This document shows, in pieces, positions 50,428 through 64,000 of a stretch of DNA of 64,000 nt. The notes beneath the pieces are model-generated. The model did not search any database and was not told the origin of the DNA. It was given only the letters and a program-made list of their open reading frames with translations. Each line of letters starts with the position of its first letter. The first letter of the stretch is position 1. Where the stretch lies: NCBI RefSeq assembly GCF_001194135.2, contig NC_068987.1, positions 107,580,004-107,644,003 of the forward strand, written 5' to 3'. The translations under genes were made by a program, and so were the position numbers. This DNA is from Octopus bimaculoides. Its lineage: Eukaryota.

Positions 50428-50609
50428 TATTTAAATTTTAAATAATTATGTTCTCTAACTGGCGACGGTTACTGTTGTGAATTATCTTTTGGAGAATGGT
50501 TTCCGGTATTTAGCATGCCAGGGCATTTGAAAATAAGCCCAATGTACACATGTCTAATTTTATGTGGATAACTCGTGTATTGTTCTGCATATTATATTGA
50601 TTTAGAACG

Positions 50610-50687
50610 GTCGTACCGAAGAGCCACGGATATGTTACTTGAGTAAAAATTGTGTTAATGCATTAATGGCGAAACCTGGTCTACGAT
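50610..50687 (+). ncRNA. Hammerhead homologous to 24013-24080, core U4C variant
   Basis: Stem I GTCGTA/TACGAT; core CCGAAGA 50616-22; stem II GCCA/TGGC with inner TTAC-TTGA-GTAA; GAAA 50671-74; stem III ACC-T-GGT; GUC triplet (after 50681). Confidence 0.8.
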
Positions 50688-51246
50688 TAATTCTTTATTT
50701 TGTATATTTTCATTTGTCTTGCCCGTTCATGTTCTGGTGTGTGCTGAATTTCCCTAGAGAACATTATTTCCTTTTGTAGTTTGATCGTAGATGGTCTATT
50801 TCTAGCATAATGAATGTCCACTTTATATTTATATATACATCACATATCGTATATACACACAGATATACACAAACTCACTCAAAATCACATACAGGCGCGA
50901 GCGCACATCCAAACACACGCACACATATGTCACATACGAAACGATACTTGATTGTTATTTTGGAGTTTTAGCTTTACATCGTTCATCATATGATTGTCTT
51001 GCAAACGTTACATAGTGGAAACTTCGAAGTCAATATTAATCCTGTCTTCGTTGGAATATATCGAAAAGTTTACTGATAAATATCGAGTGATCCCTCAGTT
51101 TCTTATTCGACTGTTTTCATATATAATTATAGTCCTATACACATGCTGATGTGTGTATGTGTGTGTGTGTTTGCGTGTGTGTGCCTAGATACGTACGTAC
51201 ACTCACACACACACTCACACACACACACACACGCACACATACACAC

Positions 51247-51317
<71 letters not shown>

Positions 51318-52870
51318 ACCGCCGTATATATATATACATACATACGTATAATCATGCATAAACACATGNNNNNNNNNNNNNNNNNNNNNNNNNNNNNNNN
51401 NNNNNNNNNNNNNNNNNNNNNNNNNNNNNNNNNNNNNNNNNNNNNNNNNNNNNNNNNNNNNNNNNNNNNNNNNNNNNNNNNNNNNNNNNNNNNNNNNNNN
51501 NNNNNNNNNNNNNNNNNNNNNNNNNNNNNNNNNNNNNNNNNNNNNNNNNNNNNNNNNNNNNNNNNNNNNNNNNNNNNNNNNNNNNNNNNNNNNNNNNNNN
51601 NNNNNNNNNNNNNNNNNNNNNNNNNNNNNNNNNNNNNNNNNNNNNNNNNNNNNNNNNNNNNNNNNNNNNNNNNNNNNNNNNNNNNNNNNNNNNNNNNNNN
51701 NNNNNNNNNNNNNNNNNNNNNNNNNNNNNNNNNNNNNNNNNNNNNNNNNNNNNNNNNNNNNNNNNNNNNNNNNNNNNNNNNNNNNNNNNNNNNNNNNNNN
51801 NNNNNNNNNNNNNNNNNNNNNNNNNNNNNNNNNNNNNNNNNNNNNNNNNNNNNNNNNNNNNNNNNNNNNNNNNNNNNNNNNNNNNNNNNNNNNNNNNNNN
51901 NNNNNNNNNNNNNNNNNNNNNNNNNNNNNNNNNNNNNNNNNNNNNNNNNNNNNNNNNNNNNNNNNNNNNNNNNNNNNNNNNNNNNNNNNNNNNNNNNNNN
52001 NNNNNNNNNNNNNNNNNNNNNNNNNNNNNNNNNNNNNNNNNNNNNNNNNNNNNNNNNNNNNNNNNNNNNNNNNNNNNNNNNNNNNNNNNNNNNNNNNNNN
52101 NNNNNNNNNNNNNNNNNNNNNNNNNNNNNNNNNNNNNNNNNNNNNNNNNNTATATATATATATATATTTATATAACCGCCGTATATATATATACATATAT
52201 TGCTAGATAGATAGATAGATACTTAGATATATAAATATATTTATATATTCCTATGTAGTTTATACTCATGAAAGTGTGTGTGTATGAATTTATATGTTCA
52301 TACACAATACGTGTGTGAGTATGTATGGATATGTATGTGTTGGTGAGTGTGTGCGTGTATAAATATATACATATATGAATACGTATTTCTGTGTATACGA
52401 CTTACGGTCCATGTTTGTACATATGTAATCCTCAGTATGAAGTATTCCTTAATAGCCACATATATATACGCCACCGCACGCCTTCCATGTTTAACCTATA
52501 ACAGACCAGTTTATAGTTCTAGCAATTCAAATGCAAAAGCATTTGGATGTACGGCGTTAAATGTCACTACAAGCGTTCTATTGAAGAAACCTGCGGTACA
52601 TGCGCACGCATACAGATGCACTCTCATGCACATACATACATATAAAGCGACAGGAACAATGTCTTATGGCCATTATAGTGCCTACACTTATTTAAGGAGC
52701 AGAGCCAAGACGAATTTACTTTTATATACAAAGCTTAAGCCATGATCTTTCAGCCTCAAAGCTATACGTACTTTCCCCATTGTTGGAACTTATACCTACA
52801 CTCAAACAATGTATATTCATTGCTATTTATTGTTATTACTATATATCGGAATAGCAACCGTTCCATTTGT

Positions 52871-53395
52871 AAGGCTGCGAATTGGCAGAATAGTTAAAAA
52901 ATGTCGGAGAAAATGCTTTTTTTTTTTATTCATCCAGCTTCACGTTCTAAGCTCAAATGACGCTAAGGTCGAGACTTAACCTTTCATAATTTCGGGTTCG
53001 ACAATGAAAGTACCAGTCAAGTACTGAGGTCAGTGGAAACATCTTACTCTTCTCTTCAAATACACCTGCCCCTGTCTGAGATTTTTAAACAATTATTATT
53101 ACGAGCAGCAACTGTTACATTCGGAAGGCTGCGAGCTGGGAGAATCGTTAGCACTTTGGACAAAATGCTCAGCGGCATTTCGTCCGGCTGTACTTTCTAA
53201 GCTCAAATTCCGTTGAGGTTGTCTTTGCCTTTCATCCATTCAGGGTCGATAAAATAACTACCAGTCAAGAACTGAGAGGATGCTGGGGCTGTGCCGAGAT
53301 TAGAAACGATGAAAGGCAAAGTTGACGTCGGCGGAATTTGAGCTCAGAACGTAGCGGCAGACGAAATACCAATTTCTTTATTGCCCACCGGGGGC
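52871..53395. mobile_element. Cluster of three family B SINE copies (+ 52871-53080, + 53125-53275, - 53300-53395)
   Basis: Repeated AAGGCTGCGA..TGG.AGAAT.GTTA heads; GATGAAAGGCAAAGTTGACGTCGGCGGAATTTGAGCTCAGAACGTAGCGGCAGACGAAATACC in reverse orientation. Confidence 0.75.
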
Positions 53396-53667
53396 TGAGT
53401 GTTAATGCGAAGGCTAGAGCGTAAGAGAAGCTTGACTGAATAGGTCAGCAGTGAAGCACGAAACGGAATGCTGAAAGAAGAAACTGAATGGTTATGAGGT
53501 ATAGAAAATGGAGGGGAGAAAGTGAAAACAAATTATGTAGGGCAGAGAAGAAAAAAAAAACTAAGTGGGAGTTGAAAGCAAACTAATACGAGAAAGAATG
53601 ATGACAGAAATAAAAACATAAAGAAGGGGATAGAAGAGATAGGAGGGAGAGTGAGAGAGAGAGAGAG

Positions 53668-53720
<53 letters not shown>

Positions 53721-53862
53721 NNNNNNNNNNNNNNNNNNNNNNNNNNNNNNNNNNNNNNNNNNNNNNNNNNNNNNNNNNNNNNNNNNNNNNNNNNNNNNNN
53801 NNNNNNNNNNNNNNNNNNNNNNNNNNNNNNNNNNNNNNNNNNNNNNNNNNNNNNNNNNNNNC

Positions 53863-53949
<87 letters not shown>

Positions 53950-53954
<5 letters not shown>

Positions 53955-54085
53955 TGTGTCTTAGTGCCTGTGCTTGTTCTCTACCACTGCTTGAAAAACT
54001 GGTGTTGGGGTCATAACATGCACGTAATCTTGCGGTTCGGCAAAAGATACTGATAGAATAACTAGAAAGCTTTAAAGAATACGTG
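53950..54085 (+). mobile_element. Family A SINE 3' fragment
   Basis: CCACTGCTTGAAAAACTGGTGTTGG...GCGGTTCGGCAAAAGATACTGATAGAATA. Confidence 0.6.
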
Positions 54086-56759
54086 AACGAAAAGGTAAAG
54101 ATGTGTGTGTGCGTGTGTACGTGTACGTGTCCGTGTATGTACGTCTACCAGCTGAGTGTTTGCTCCCAATCAGTATATGATGGTCTGGAGTTTCACTGAG
54201 TCAAATGTGAAACCGCCGAGAGGGCCTCCATATCTACTCCCGATTATATAAGAGCTGAATGTAATTTACCGCAAGCATAGTACATGTACTGTTCTGAGAG
54301 CAACAGCTGCAGGTTCTAGATTAGCATACACGCTTTGAGATGATTAATGAACAAAGGTACTTCAAATGGCGTGGACCTATTTTTCGGGCTACGTCTGACA
54401 ATGTTATTCGTTGTTTTCATATTAGGACAGGACACTGCGATTAAAGTGAGATCGGACAGCTATTTCTAGCACATCAGCCGACTACGTAAAAGTTCTTTCC
54501 TTTTAGTTTCTATTTTGATGCTTCTACAAATTCTTAAACGTTTCTTTCATTTGTGTTCGATATTTTCTGTCTAGTTCATTGGCCCCTAAAACATTGCAAG
54601 TAACACTGCTCTTAGTTTCGTTCTCTATCCTCTGCATATTTATATAGTGTTATTTTAGTGGTTTTATTTATTTGTTTTTCTCTCTTTAATTTCCTCTCTT
54701 CAAGTTTGTCTTGGCACGTTTCAAAACCAAATTTCATGCCAATTTCCTTTTCTGAATTTATGCATCGTATCTAAAAGTGTATCCAGTTGTTCATAATCTG
54801 CTGCATACAGCTTATGGTCATCCATATACAGGAAATAATTGATTGTAACAGCATAGCATTTGAATTCACATGCAGTTTAGTTTTAACATGTTAGTTAAAC
54901 GATTCGGCGCCAGGCAAAAGGAAGAAAATGTATTGGAAAAAAATCTGTCATATTAAAATATTTCTCTGTTGAAAGAGATTGGATTCGCGCTCACATTTAG
55001 CTCTTTTGTCTGTATCTGTAACAACTGTTTCCTATACTTTTAACTTGCTTCATACATATACTTATTATTGGTGCTATCTTGCTTATGACAAATGATACCA
55101 GAATACAATACCGTGGAAAGTTGTCAAAAGCCTTATGATAATGAAACTGTATCATGTTCGTATTCTTCTTTCTTGTATTACAATGTGAAGTTTAAGCATT
55201 GTTAAACATCAGTGATTTATATATTTTTATGAGCATTTTCGTTTAATTCTATTGATGTTTGTTCTCCAAGTATACATTTATAATTTGTGATAAGCTTGGC
55301 ATTAATTGGCTTTAAGCGTCTTCTTTGTCGTAGTATTCTCGCCCAAAGCAAACCACCGACTATTCTCACTTCTCTTCAAAAATTTAGTACGTCTTCTAAT
55401 ACGAGCCCAGCAACAAATCTTTTTTCTGTATTTTTTTTGTGAAATTGTTTNNNNNNNNNNTTTTTTTTTTTTTTTTTTGGTGACGGAGGATTTATTTTCT
55501 TTTCAGAAGTTAATACTTAACTATCTTTTGAAAATGTCTAATTCTTTGTTTAGTAAGTATCTTTTGTTTTCAGAGCTCATTTATCCATATATTCTGGCTC
55601 CCGATTGTATGAATAGATTTTTTCCCCCTATATATATATATACATGATTTTCTCGTATGCTAGTTTTTCACAATGTTACCTCCGATTTTCATGTTTCCAT
55701 ACGAGTTCTTCTGAGTTGGCAACCAACTTTCTTTATGGCTGTTACAGTTGATAATGAGACTTGGCGATTTATCCAGGAGATTATCACAACCGCACCGATT
55801 TCAGTATGTCCTTGATAGCCAAGATTACTTTCCATTGTACAGTAGCCAATATTTAATCTTTGAAAAAGGTTTTCATAGGCGTTCCTTAGATTTTTAGATT
55901 CGGCTTTTGCTGTTCGCTATTTGGTAGGTATGCTTCGGTGTGGGCGAACGGTCTTTTAACATCACTCTTCTTTATTTCGCTGACATTATGTCTCTCCCTG
56001 TGATGTATGTTCACTAAACTTTGATGTTTGTTATATTAATACAACTATTCTTTTTTTTGTTTATTAATATGCATTCATTAAAAAGTCTTGTTCTTTTTCA
56101 TGCATATGGTTCGTTTAGGTCATTTATTCTTCAAATAATGCTATTTTCATAAACAGTATACAGTATTTCCCATTTACTTAGTGAATTATTATTCTTCACA
56201 TTAACAGTTAAGGTGAAGATATCCTTTACTGATGTGTTAAGGGAAAACGAAATATATTTGGAATTCTCTCCCAGATATGCTGAAAAAATAAAGAGAAATA
56301 TTACTCATTGAATTATAATTCTCCCCATCACATAATAAATTTAAAGTGTTTCCCTTTTGTACATCCTCTACAATACTATCGCAATACTAACTTAATTTAT
56401 ACTTTACTTCAGTTTGTGATTTTTATTTGTATTGATTATTAAAATTTTGTTTTAAATCAAATTTTCATAGTCTTGTGCTGCATTACGATACGTATCAGGT
56501 TGTAGCCAATACCAATCTTAGTAGAAACCTCAGAAATATAGGAACATATTTTTGACAATACTAAACAATTTTAGAATTAACAATTAGCAATTATGCTGTT
56601 CAGATACCTTGTAAAATTTTCGTCAAATATTCAGTGCTGTTCTTCATTAATTCACAAGGTGTCAATGTATGGTTTCGCTGCAGAACAAGTGCGAGGAAAA
56701 TAGTTATTTCATTGCTTCCTTCTACTACTAACACTAATTTATTATTATTGAATGAGAGA

Positions 56760-56962
<203 letters not shown>

Positions 56963-57061
56963 GTTAGCATTATCAGTATTGTATTGCCTTTGCACAGCTT
57001 CTAACGCTGGAGATGTACTACGGTGTCAACTGTTCACTACCAGTGAACTAAGGGTACACCT

Positions 57062-57410
57062 TTTATTTCCCAGCATCGTTAGCTTTCTTTCGCAATTAAG
57101 ACTATGTCTGGTTTCGTATTCTCTTTCTCATGGTCGCACTGAATCATAAAAACCCATAGGATCTTTGCATTATCATTTTCGATGATGCCTTCGGGTTTGC
57201 GCTCCTACCACTTTTATGCTCTGTCAAGTCAATACTTGTTGCAAAGTGTCCAAGGAACAATAACTGCTATATTGTCATGACGTCTCTTTTCTTCTTTCTG
57301 GGCTAGTGGCGTACATTGGCTCGGAATATGCCACACGGTTTTCCCATTTTGTCCACAAATTCTGCGCTTATCACTTTCTGGTGTGTTGTCTATTCTGTAT
57401 TTCATATAAT
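57062..57410 (-). pseudogene. R4/Dong-type LINE C-terminal CCHC zinc knuckle and start of RLE endonuclease
   Basis: Manual translation NYMKYRIDNTPESDKRRICGQNGKTVWHIPSQCTPLAQKEEKRRHDNIAVIVPWTLCNKY*LDRA*KW*ERKPEGIIENDNAKILWVFMIQCDHEKENTKPDIVLIAKES*RCWEI: C..C(8)H...C knuckle, KRRHD, and KPDIV (RLE PD motif). Confidence 0.85.
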
Positions 57411-57633
57411 TGATTCTTAATGCTTGCTCTTAAGCTGCAGATAATTAATTTCCCATTTAAATACATTACAAATATTTCAAATTCAGATGCATTTTCAACA
57501 AAAATTCACCTATATATNNNNNNNNNNNNNNNNNNNNNNNNNNNNNNNNNNNNNNNNNNNNNNNNNNNNNNNNNNNNNNNNNNNNNNNNNNNNNNNNNNN
57601 NNNNNNNNNNNNNNNNNNNNNNNNNNNNNNNNN

Positions 57634-57830
57634 GTGATTTTTCTCCATCTTACCTTTCTCGCATTTATCCTTACTGCAGAAGAGCGTAGGCTCAAAATGT
57701 TAAAGACCTCTTTCATTTTTCCTCGCTGTCAACTTAATACACTCTGTTTGAAGTTCTTTCACCTCGTCACTGTGTTTTCCTTATTTTGGATCCATAGCCA
57801 TATTTGTATATTTACGCACAGATATACACA
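57634..57830 (+). mobile_element. PLE pLTR remnant with decayed hammerhead (57668-57706)
   Basis: CTGCAGA A GAGC GTAG GCTC AAAA TGT T AAAGA; same stem II and 3' AAAGA as 17641-17673. Confidence 0.6.
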
Positions 57831-58953
57831 CGTATGTATATGGTGTGTGTGTATACGTTTTAGTATCTGTTTGTGTATGAGTGTATGTATGTGTTTCTTA
57901 ACTAAATTTTGCGTTGACAACATATAAAACATATTAAACAGATTAAAATCATTCCAGTGTAAATCTTTGTTATTCACGGATCATTGAAGAGGGAATATGT
58001 GGGTGGATATAAACAACTGGATATTTTTTGTTTACACTCAGGTTAGACCAGATTGAATTGATTTAAATTTAATACTTCAGGTTTTTGCCCGAATATCCTA
58101 TACTATATGTAGCCCGAATATCCTATCAGATTTATGTTCAAACTGGCCAGATCCAGCTTCTTGCGCCTACCCAAATATGCAATTGTAAAAATAAACAATC
58201 CTGAATCTACAAAATACAGCAACATTGATTGAAAATAATATGAATAACCATTATATTTGAGTGAGTAATCAAACTGCAAGACAAATCCATCCTCATTTTA
58301 AGACAGCTAATATTGAACTCACATCATCCAATATATTACTAGATATAAAAACAATACGATGCGTTTGAGAGAGATTGGTTACAGATAGAGTCACACGGCA
58401 GAGACACCATTGTTGCGAGACTATTCAGTATCGTAGACATTAAACATTTCTAGATTGTTGCCAGCCCTCATTTCACAGTTTAATTCTTTCCCTTTCAATA
58501 ATTGTATAGATTTCTTTTAATTTCCATAAATAACAATAATAACAATAACAATTATCGTAGCTGACAGTTACTGTCTGTTTAATCGATATTCACAATAGAT
58601 AGACTACACAGTTAAAAATCTATAAACTGTTATCTTTTTAATGAAAATCTGAAAGCTGCACACATTGAGATGACACCTAAAAGCTTAATACATCGGGTCA
58701 AGGTTTAGTGTCCTGCCGAACGGTTTCTGTATATCAAACATATCTACAAAGTATGTTTAATGCCGTTGACATCTATTTAGCTATTTAATTATAAGCAAAC
58801 TCTTATGCATGTAAACCTCCCACCCCTAGACATATAGACATGTATGCATACGATCGGTCTATAAATCAATAACCAATATGGAACATCGTGCCGCTTTCTC
58901 TTTGTGTCTTCATGTAGATTGCTTCTCGTTTAATCATCATTTTATGTGTCCGT

Positions 58954-59033
<80 letters not shown>

Positions 59034-59230
59034 GTCTATCTATCTATTTATCTATTAATCTGTCACTCTACACGCGCGCGCATAAACACATGCACTCACG
59101 CACACACACACATATACATACACACACACACACATGCGCACACATTTATTTCTTTTCCGGTTTCAACTTGTGATCTGCGGCCATACTGAAGCACCGCCGT
59201 TAAATGTTTATTTGTACGTATGTATATATT

Positions 59231-59280
<50 letters not shown>

Positions 59281-59373
59281 NNNNNNNNNNNNNNNNNNNN
59301 NNNNNNNNNNNNNNNNNNNNNNNNNNNNNNNNNNNNNNNNNNNNNNNNNNNNNNNNNNNNNNNNNNNGTCTAC

Positions 59374-59406
<33 letters not shown>

Positions 59407-60544
59407 GTATATATGTATATATATGTATATATATATATATATATATATACGTGTATACATATATATATAAAGGTACACACATGCGAACACATGATTATAC
59501 ACACAAGGAGTGAATGAGAGAGAGAGAGAAAGAGAGAGATAGATGGGAGATGGGAGACGATACCTGACAAATGTATTTGTGTCTTTGTGTGAGTGCATGT
59601 GTGTGCACAAACGTGAGTACGTGTGAACGTGCGTGCGAACGTGTGAGTTTTATTAGTTACGTTAATAATTTATTGATAGTCATGAGATCTTCTTAAGTGA
59701 CCAAATCTTTCGAATTGATTGACATTGGCCAATTAAAGTTGACCGCAACTAAAATCGTCCAACTGATTGATAAACACGCAGATAAACTATGTCGACGCCA
59801 TCTTTCTCTTCATGTTTCTCTTTCCTTTTAACTAACACCACACTCCTCTATCTCCCTATCACCTCCCCAAACCCGTCTCTTCATTGCTTTCGTTTTGTAT
59901 TTGTTGCATCGAATTACCCTTTTTTTACCGATTAATTCTCAAATCTTTTCAAAGCCAACCTCCATGCTTCATTTCCCATTTCCTCCCTCTGTATCTACCA
60001 ATCAGCTGGTCGTCCTCTTTTCACTCAGCAAACCATTATTACTATACATTCCCCCAACGTCGCCCGCTGAATTCACATCACATACATCCCATACAATTAC
60101 ACTGTAATTACTATAGATCCTCATTACACGAGAAATCTGTCGTTTGTTTGTTTACTTGTTGTATTGTTGGCAATCTGGCTGGCTGGCTGGCTGGATGGAT
60201 GGATGGATGGTAGGCTGGCTGCCTGACTGGGTTGGCTTGCCAGTTTGTTCGCCAGAGTGTTGGTTGGCTCTATAGATTGCTGGTTGGTTTTGGTTGGTTG
60301 ACTAGTTATAGACAGTTTCTTTTTGAATTTCTTTTTGTCTTAAAAAAGAGTGCTTTGATCAAACGCCATTTTGTTTCGGGTTTAAGGTCATTGTGAACAA
60401 TACAAATATATTGTAAACATTGCTACAATCATCATTATCATTAACATAATCACCATCATCATTCACCACCACCACTGCCACTACTGCTGCAACACCCTAC
60501 CCCCATCACCATTATCATCACCATCATGAACATCATCACCATTC

Positions 60545-60545
60545 C

Positions 60546-60576
<31 letters not shown>

Positions 60577-60870
60577 CTTCTTCTTCTTTTTTTTTTCTTC
60601 TTCTTCTTCTTCTTCTTCTTTTTCTTCTTCTTCTTCTTCTTCTTCTTCTTCTTCTTCTTCCCCTTCTTCTTTTTCTACTTCATTTCTTCTCCAAGTTATT
60701 TTCTTCTTTTCATCTTATTCTTCTGCTCCTCTTCCTCCTCTTCCTCATCCGCCTTCTTCTTCTTCTTCTTCTTCTTCTTCTTCTTCTTCTTCGTCTTCTT
60801 CTTCTTCTTCTTCTTCTTCTTCTTCTTCTTCTTCTTCTTCTTCTTCTTCTTCTGCTTCTTCATCTTTTAT
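60545..60870. repeat. Long interrupted (CTT)n tract
   Basis: Direct reading; source of the poly-L/F/S ORFs. Confidence 0.95.
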
Positions 60871-61000
60871 CTTCTTTACCTTCTTTTTCTTCTTCACTCT
60901 TTACTTGTTAATACAGAAAAAATATTATCATTATTATGGCTGTTGTTGTTGTTGTTGTTACTGTTGCTGTTGCTGTTGCTGTTATCATTATTAATGTTAT

Positions 61001-61146
61001 TTCTTTTCATTTCATGCTTTGTTGGAACCCTTGGAGTGTTGCATGTGCAGCAGGCTTGCTACCACCAGCCTACGGTGCCATTCTATCCGTTCTTTTCAGC
61101 TATCTAATACTGATTATTCTGGCCGTGCCAAGGAGGCAACCCTTCA
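61001..61146 (-). pseudogene. R4/Dong-type LINE extreme 3' end
   Basis: Minus strand KGCLLGTARIISIR* then 3' UTR; AAT-type repeats on both sides. Confidence 0.6.
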
Positions 61147-61227
61147 CTATTATTATTATCATTACTTTGTGTCTACATTTGACTGGGTCCTCTCATCATT
61201 CGCCCTTGTGGCAAATAAATGAAATCG

Positions 61228-61261
<34 letters not shown>

Positions 61262-61262
61262 T

Positions 61263-61303
<41 letters not shown>

Positions 61304-61304
<1 letters not shown>

Positions 61305-61453
61305 TTATATTTGACTTTTGCTATGCGTTTGTACAAGTTGGCTCCAAGTCTCACCCAGAGACCTCAAGAGACAACAAGTAAGAAGTTCGTGTTGGCGTTA
61401 TACCTAGGGTGCCATATATTTGGTTTTGCACATAGTGCTGTTCCGCAGAATGT
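61304..61453 (-). mobile_element. Probable LINE 3' UTR ending in (TAA)n
   Basis: Minus strand ...TCTCTTGAGGTCTCTGGGTGAGACTTGGAGCCAACTTGTACAAA...CAAAAGTCAAATATAAAATAATAATAAT; recognised from memory as an octopus Dong-like 3' end. Confidence 0.4.
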
Positions 61454-61544
61454 TTAAGAAACCATAAGAAAATTATGTGTTTGTTTTAAAATTTAAGATT
61501 ACATAGAAAGTATTTTGCGTAGGATATGGGCAGTTCCTATGAGC

Positions 61545-61599
<55 letters not shown>

Positions 61600-61605
<6 letters not shown>

Positions 61606-61740
61606 GGTTTAGCGGTATTTCGTTTGGATTTTTTTTTTTTTTTTGCGTTCAGAGTTCAAATTCTGCCCAGGCTGGCCTTGGATTTCATCCTAGCAGGATC
61701 GATAAAATATGTACCAGTTGAACACTGGGGTCGATTAAAT
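61600..61740 (+). mobile_element. Family B SINE, 5'-truncated, after (AAT)n
   Basis: TTAGCGGTATTTCG...GTTCAGAGTTCAAATTCTGCC...GATCGATAAAATATGTACCAGTTGAACACTGGGGTCGAT. Confidence 0.75.
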
Positions 61741-62455
61741 ATCACGGCTATTGCCTATAAGTAAATAGGAATATCAGTATGATGCTATTGTTGTTGTTGT
61801 TGCCTTTGTTCCGGATGCTGGTAATGTTGTCATTGTTATCAGCAGCAGTAGCAGTAGCGGTTGTAGGAGAAGCGACAGGAGCAATATTTATATACTTAGA
61901 TTTAATGTTGTTTGAAGTAGTAGTAGCATTCATTCTTGCAATGCTTAACTACCACCACCACCACTACTACTGCTGCTGCTGCTGCTGCTGGTGCTGCTGT
62001 TGCTATCTCTGCTACAGTTACTGCTTATGTAAGAGTAATACGTCTGAAAGAGCAACACAACTGCTTCAAAGACCGCATCTGAAAGCCACAGAAAACCTAG
62101 CGCTATCGTCTGTCATAACGGTTTTCTGGTTCACCTGCTTCGAGAGTTGAAAGGTTTCTTTGGTTATGTGTATGCGTGAATGTGATGTGAGTACACACAT
62201 GTGGTAGAGCTCACTTCTACTTATATACGTTCGTGTGTGTTTGTGTCAAAATGACATAGTGTGTGCAAAGGAGAGAGTGAATATAGATGCGTGTCTGTTT
62301 TCCTGTGATGACAGTGAGGGCGAAGAAAGAGTGAAAGAGTACAATGAGATTGTGCCTGTCAGTCTATGAAATATAATAATATGTAACAAAATAAGCGAGT
62401 AATATCAACAGAGATGTAAAGACGTAGATGGATAGGGATATATATATAAAATATA

Positions 62456-62559
<104 letters not shown>

Positions 62560-62580
62560 TATAGGCAGATAGATAGAATA

Positions 62581-62647
<67 letters not shown>

Positions 62648-62985
62648 CATAGATAGATAGGAACTGAAAGAAAGAGTTGGGGGGGAATCGAGGTAGCAAT
62701 GCAGGGGGTAGAACCGTGTATAACATGTGCCATTCTTTGAAATAGAATAACGGTTTTTGGAGATTGTCTTCTATGCGCGCGCGCTTGTGTATGTATATAT
62801 GTATGCATGCATCTATGTATGACTTTTGTACTCACCTACACGGGTCGTACATACACACATCCATCCATTGATCCATCCATCCAGCCATCCATACATACAT
62901 AAAACCATAAAATCATGAGATATGAGAGGTGAATCCACATCTTATACTAAGCATTTATGTATGCATATATGTATGTAAATTTGTA

Positions 62986-63018
<33 letters not shown>

Positions 63019-64000
63019 GTATATATTTATGTATAGTTGTATGAAGGTATATAGGTAGTTATGTGCCTAAACCTACTTAGTAGAAGGATAGCAAATTTAT
63101 ATATTTCTTCGTAGATTGAAAAAAAAATGATGTACAGCTTAAATCGATTTTAGAAACATATTTGGTGTTCATCAGAGGTGTCTGCATTAATGTGACCAAT
63201 CCTAGAGATACAATCAATCAATCTGTTTATGTGCTCAACAAATATAGTAGTTACAGAGAACTGAATCTTCTAATATGCATACCATACGTTTTAACACTTT
63301 ATTTGATATCAGCGGCCTGTCAGAGGGTATCTCATTTTACATATCAAGGTATGGTGTAGTATCCGTAAATCTATGTAGCAGTAATATAAACATGATAAAT
63401 TTAACTATTTCCCCGTTTGCGCTAACACATTCATACATATATTATGTGTAACATTTTCAAACTAAATCACAAAGGCTTCCATGCTTCATTATTTTGTAAA
63501 GCAGCGTCAAGTCTCCGAAGCTTTTGACTGTATTTTCCGAAATGATTTTTTACCTAGGTAAATCAATGACCGAATGTTGACTTTTCCTCTTATAAATATT
63601 ATTTTAAATTTATGGACCAAACAACGACAGCTGACTCTGAAATTCTATGTCACAATAACAGAACCAGAATAAATGATATATTGCCTCCTGTCGAAGACGT
63701 TAGTTATTTGCAGGAAACATTCCAGCTCATGTGATCTACATTCTAATGAGATAAGTAAACAATTGCAAAAGTGAATAAAAAGTGTCTTATTTAAATTACA
63801 ATGAAGTGTATGCAAAGAATTTGAACAAAAATACAACATATTGTTGATCCTTTGATTTTGCGTTGAAACAGTTGTAATATATATGTTATCCGCATCACTG
63901 AATAGGTGATGCTTCCCCGTTGCCCCCTAAATCTTCTACAAATATCAGCAAATCATAGGTTACTGCCTCGCAATATCTGACACCTTGCTTAGAGTCTTAG

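Noticed and set aside
52370-52445. Minus-strand CTGAGGA...GAAATACGTATT hammerhead-like match
   Set aside because: Stems I and II do not pair; likely chance in AT-rich sequence. The same applies to matches near 1-70, 9030-9070, 44460-44510, 47320-47350 and 63150-63180.
55480-55900. Possible Dong-like RT relic (SPG and KN*-like words) on the minus strand
   Set aside because: Too degenerate to support.
63612-63735. 40-aa ORF MDQTTTADSEILCHNNRT...
   Set aside because: Short, ends in a stop, and has no continuation or homology.

Overview
AT-rich, microsatellite-dense eukaryotic DNA from a gapped draft assembly (15 N-runs). The SINE repertoire looks cephalopod, most probably Octopus; this is recognition from memory, not a database result. 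I find no intact host protein-coding gene. Nearly all ORFs in the supplied track are translations of microsatellites or N-gaps. The interpretable content is mobile DNA: (i) many copies of at least four tRNA-derived SINE families, (ii) decayed LINE pieces (RTE C-terminus, an L1/Tx1-type endonuclease-linker region, five R4/Dong-type pieces mostly abutting (TAA)n), (iii) Tc1/mariner-derived MITEs, and (iv) several Penelope-like element (PLE) remnants. The most interesting signal is a set of minimal type-I hammerhead ribozyme (HHR) motifs with near-palindromic stem III at about 16.05, 17.64, 24.01, 39.39, 48.83, 49.28, 50.61 and 57.67 kb. One lies just downstream of a GIY-YIG endonuclease ORF end and a tRNA-like Pol III cassette. 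Two homologous copies show full compensatory covariation, and two sit in inverted-repeat structures that superficially mimic MITEs. There is also a perfect 166-bp palindrome.
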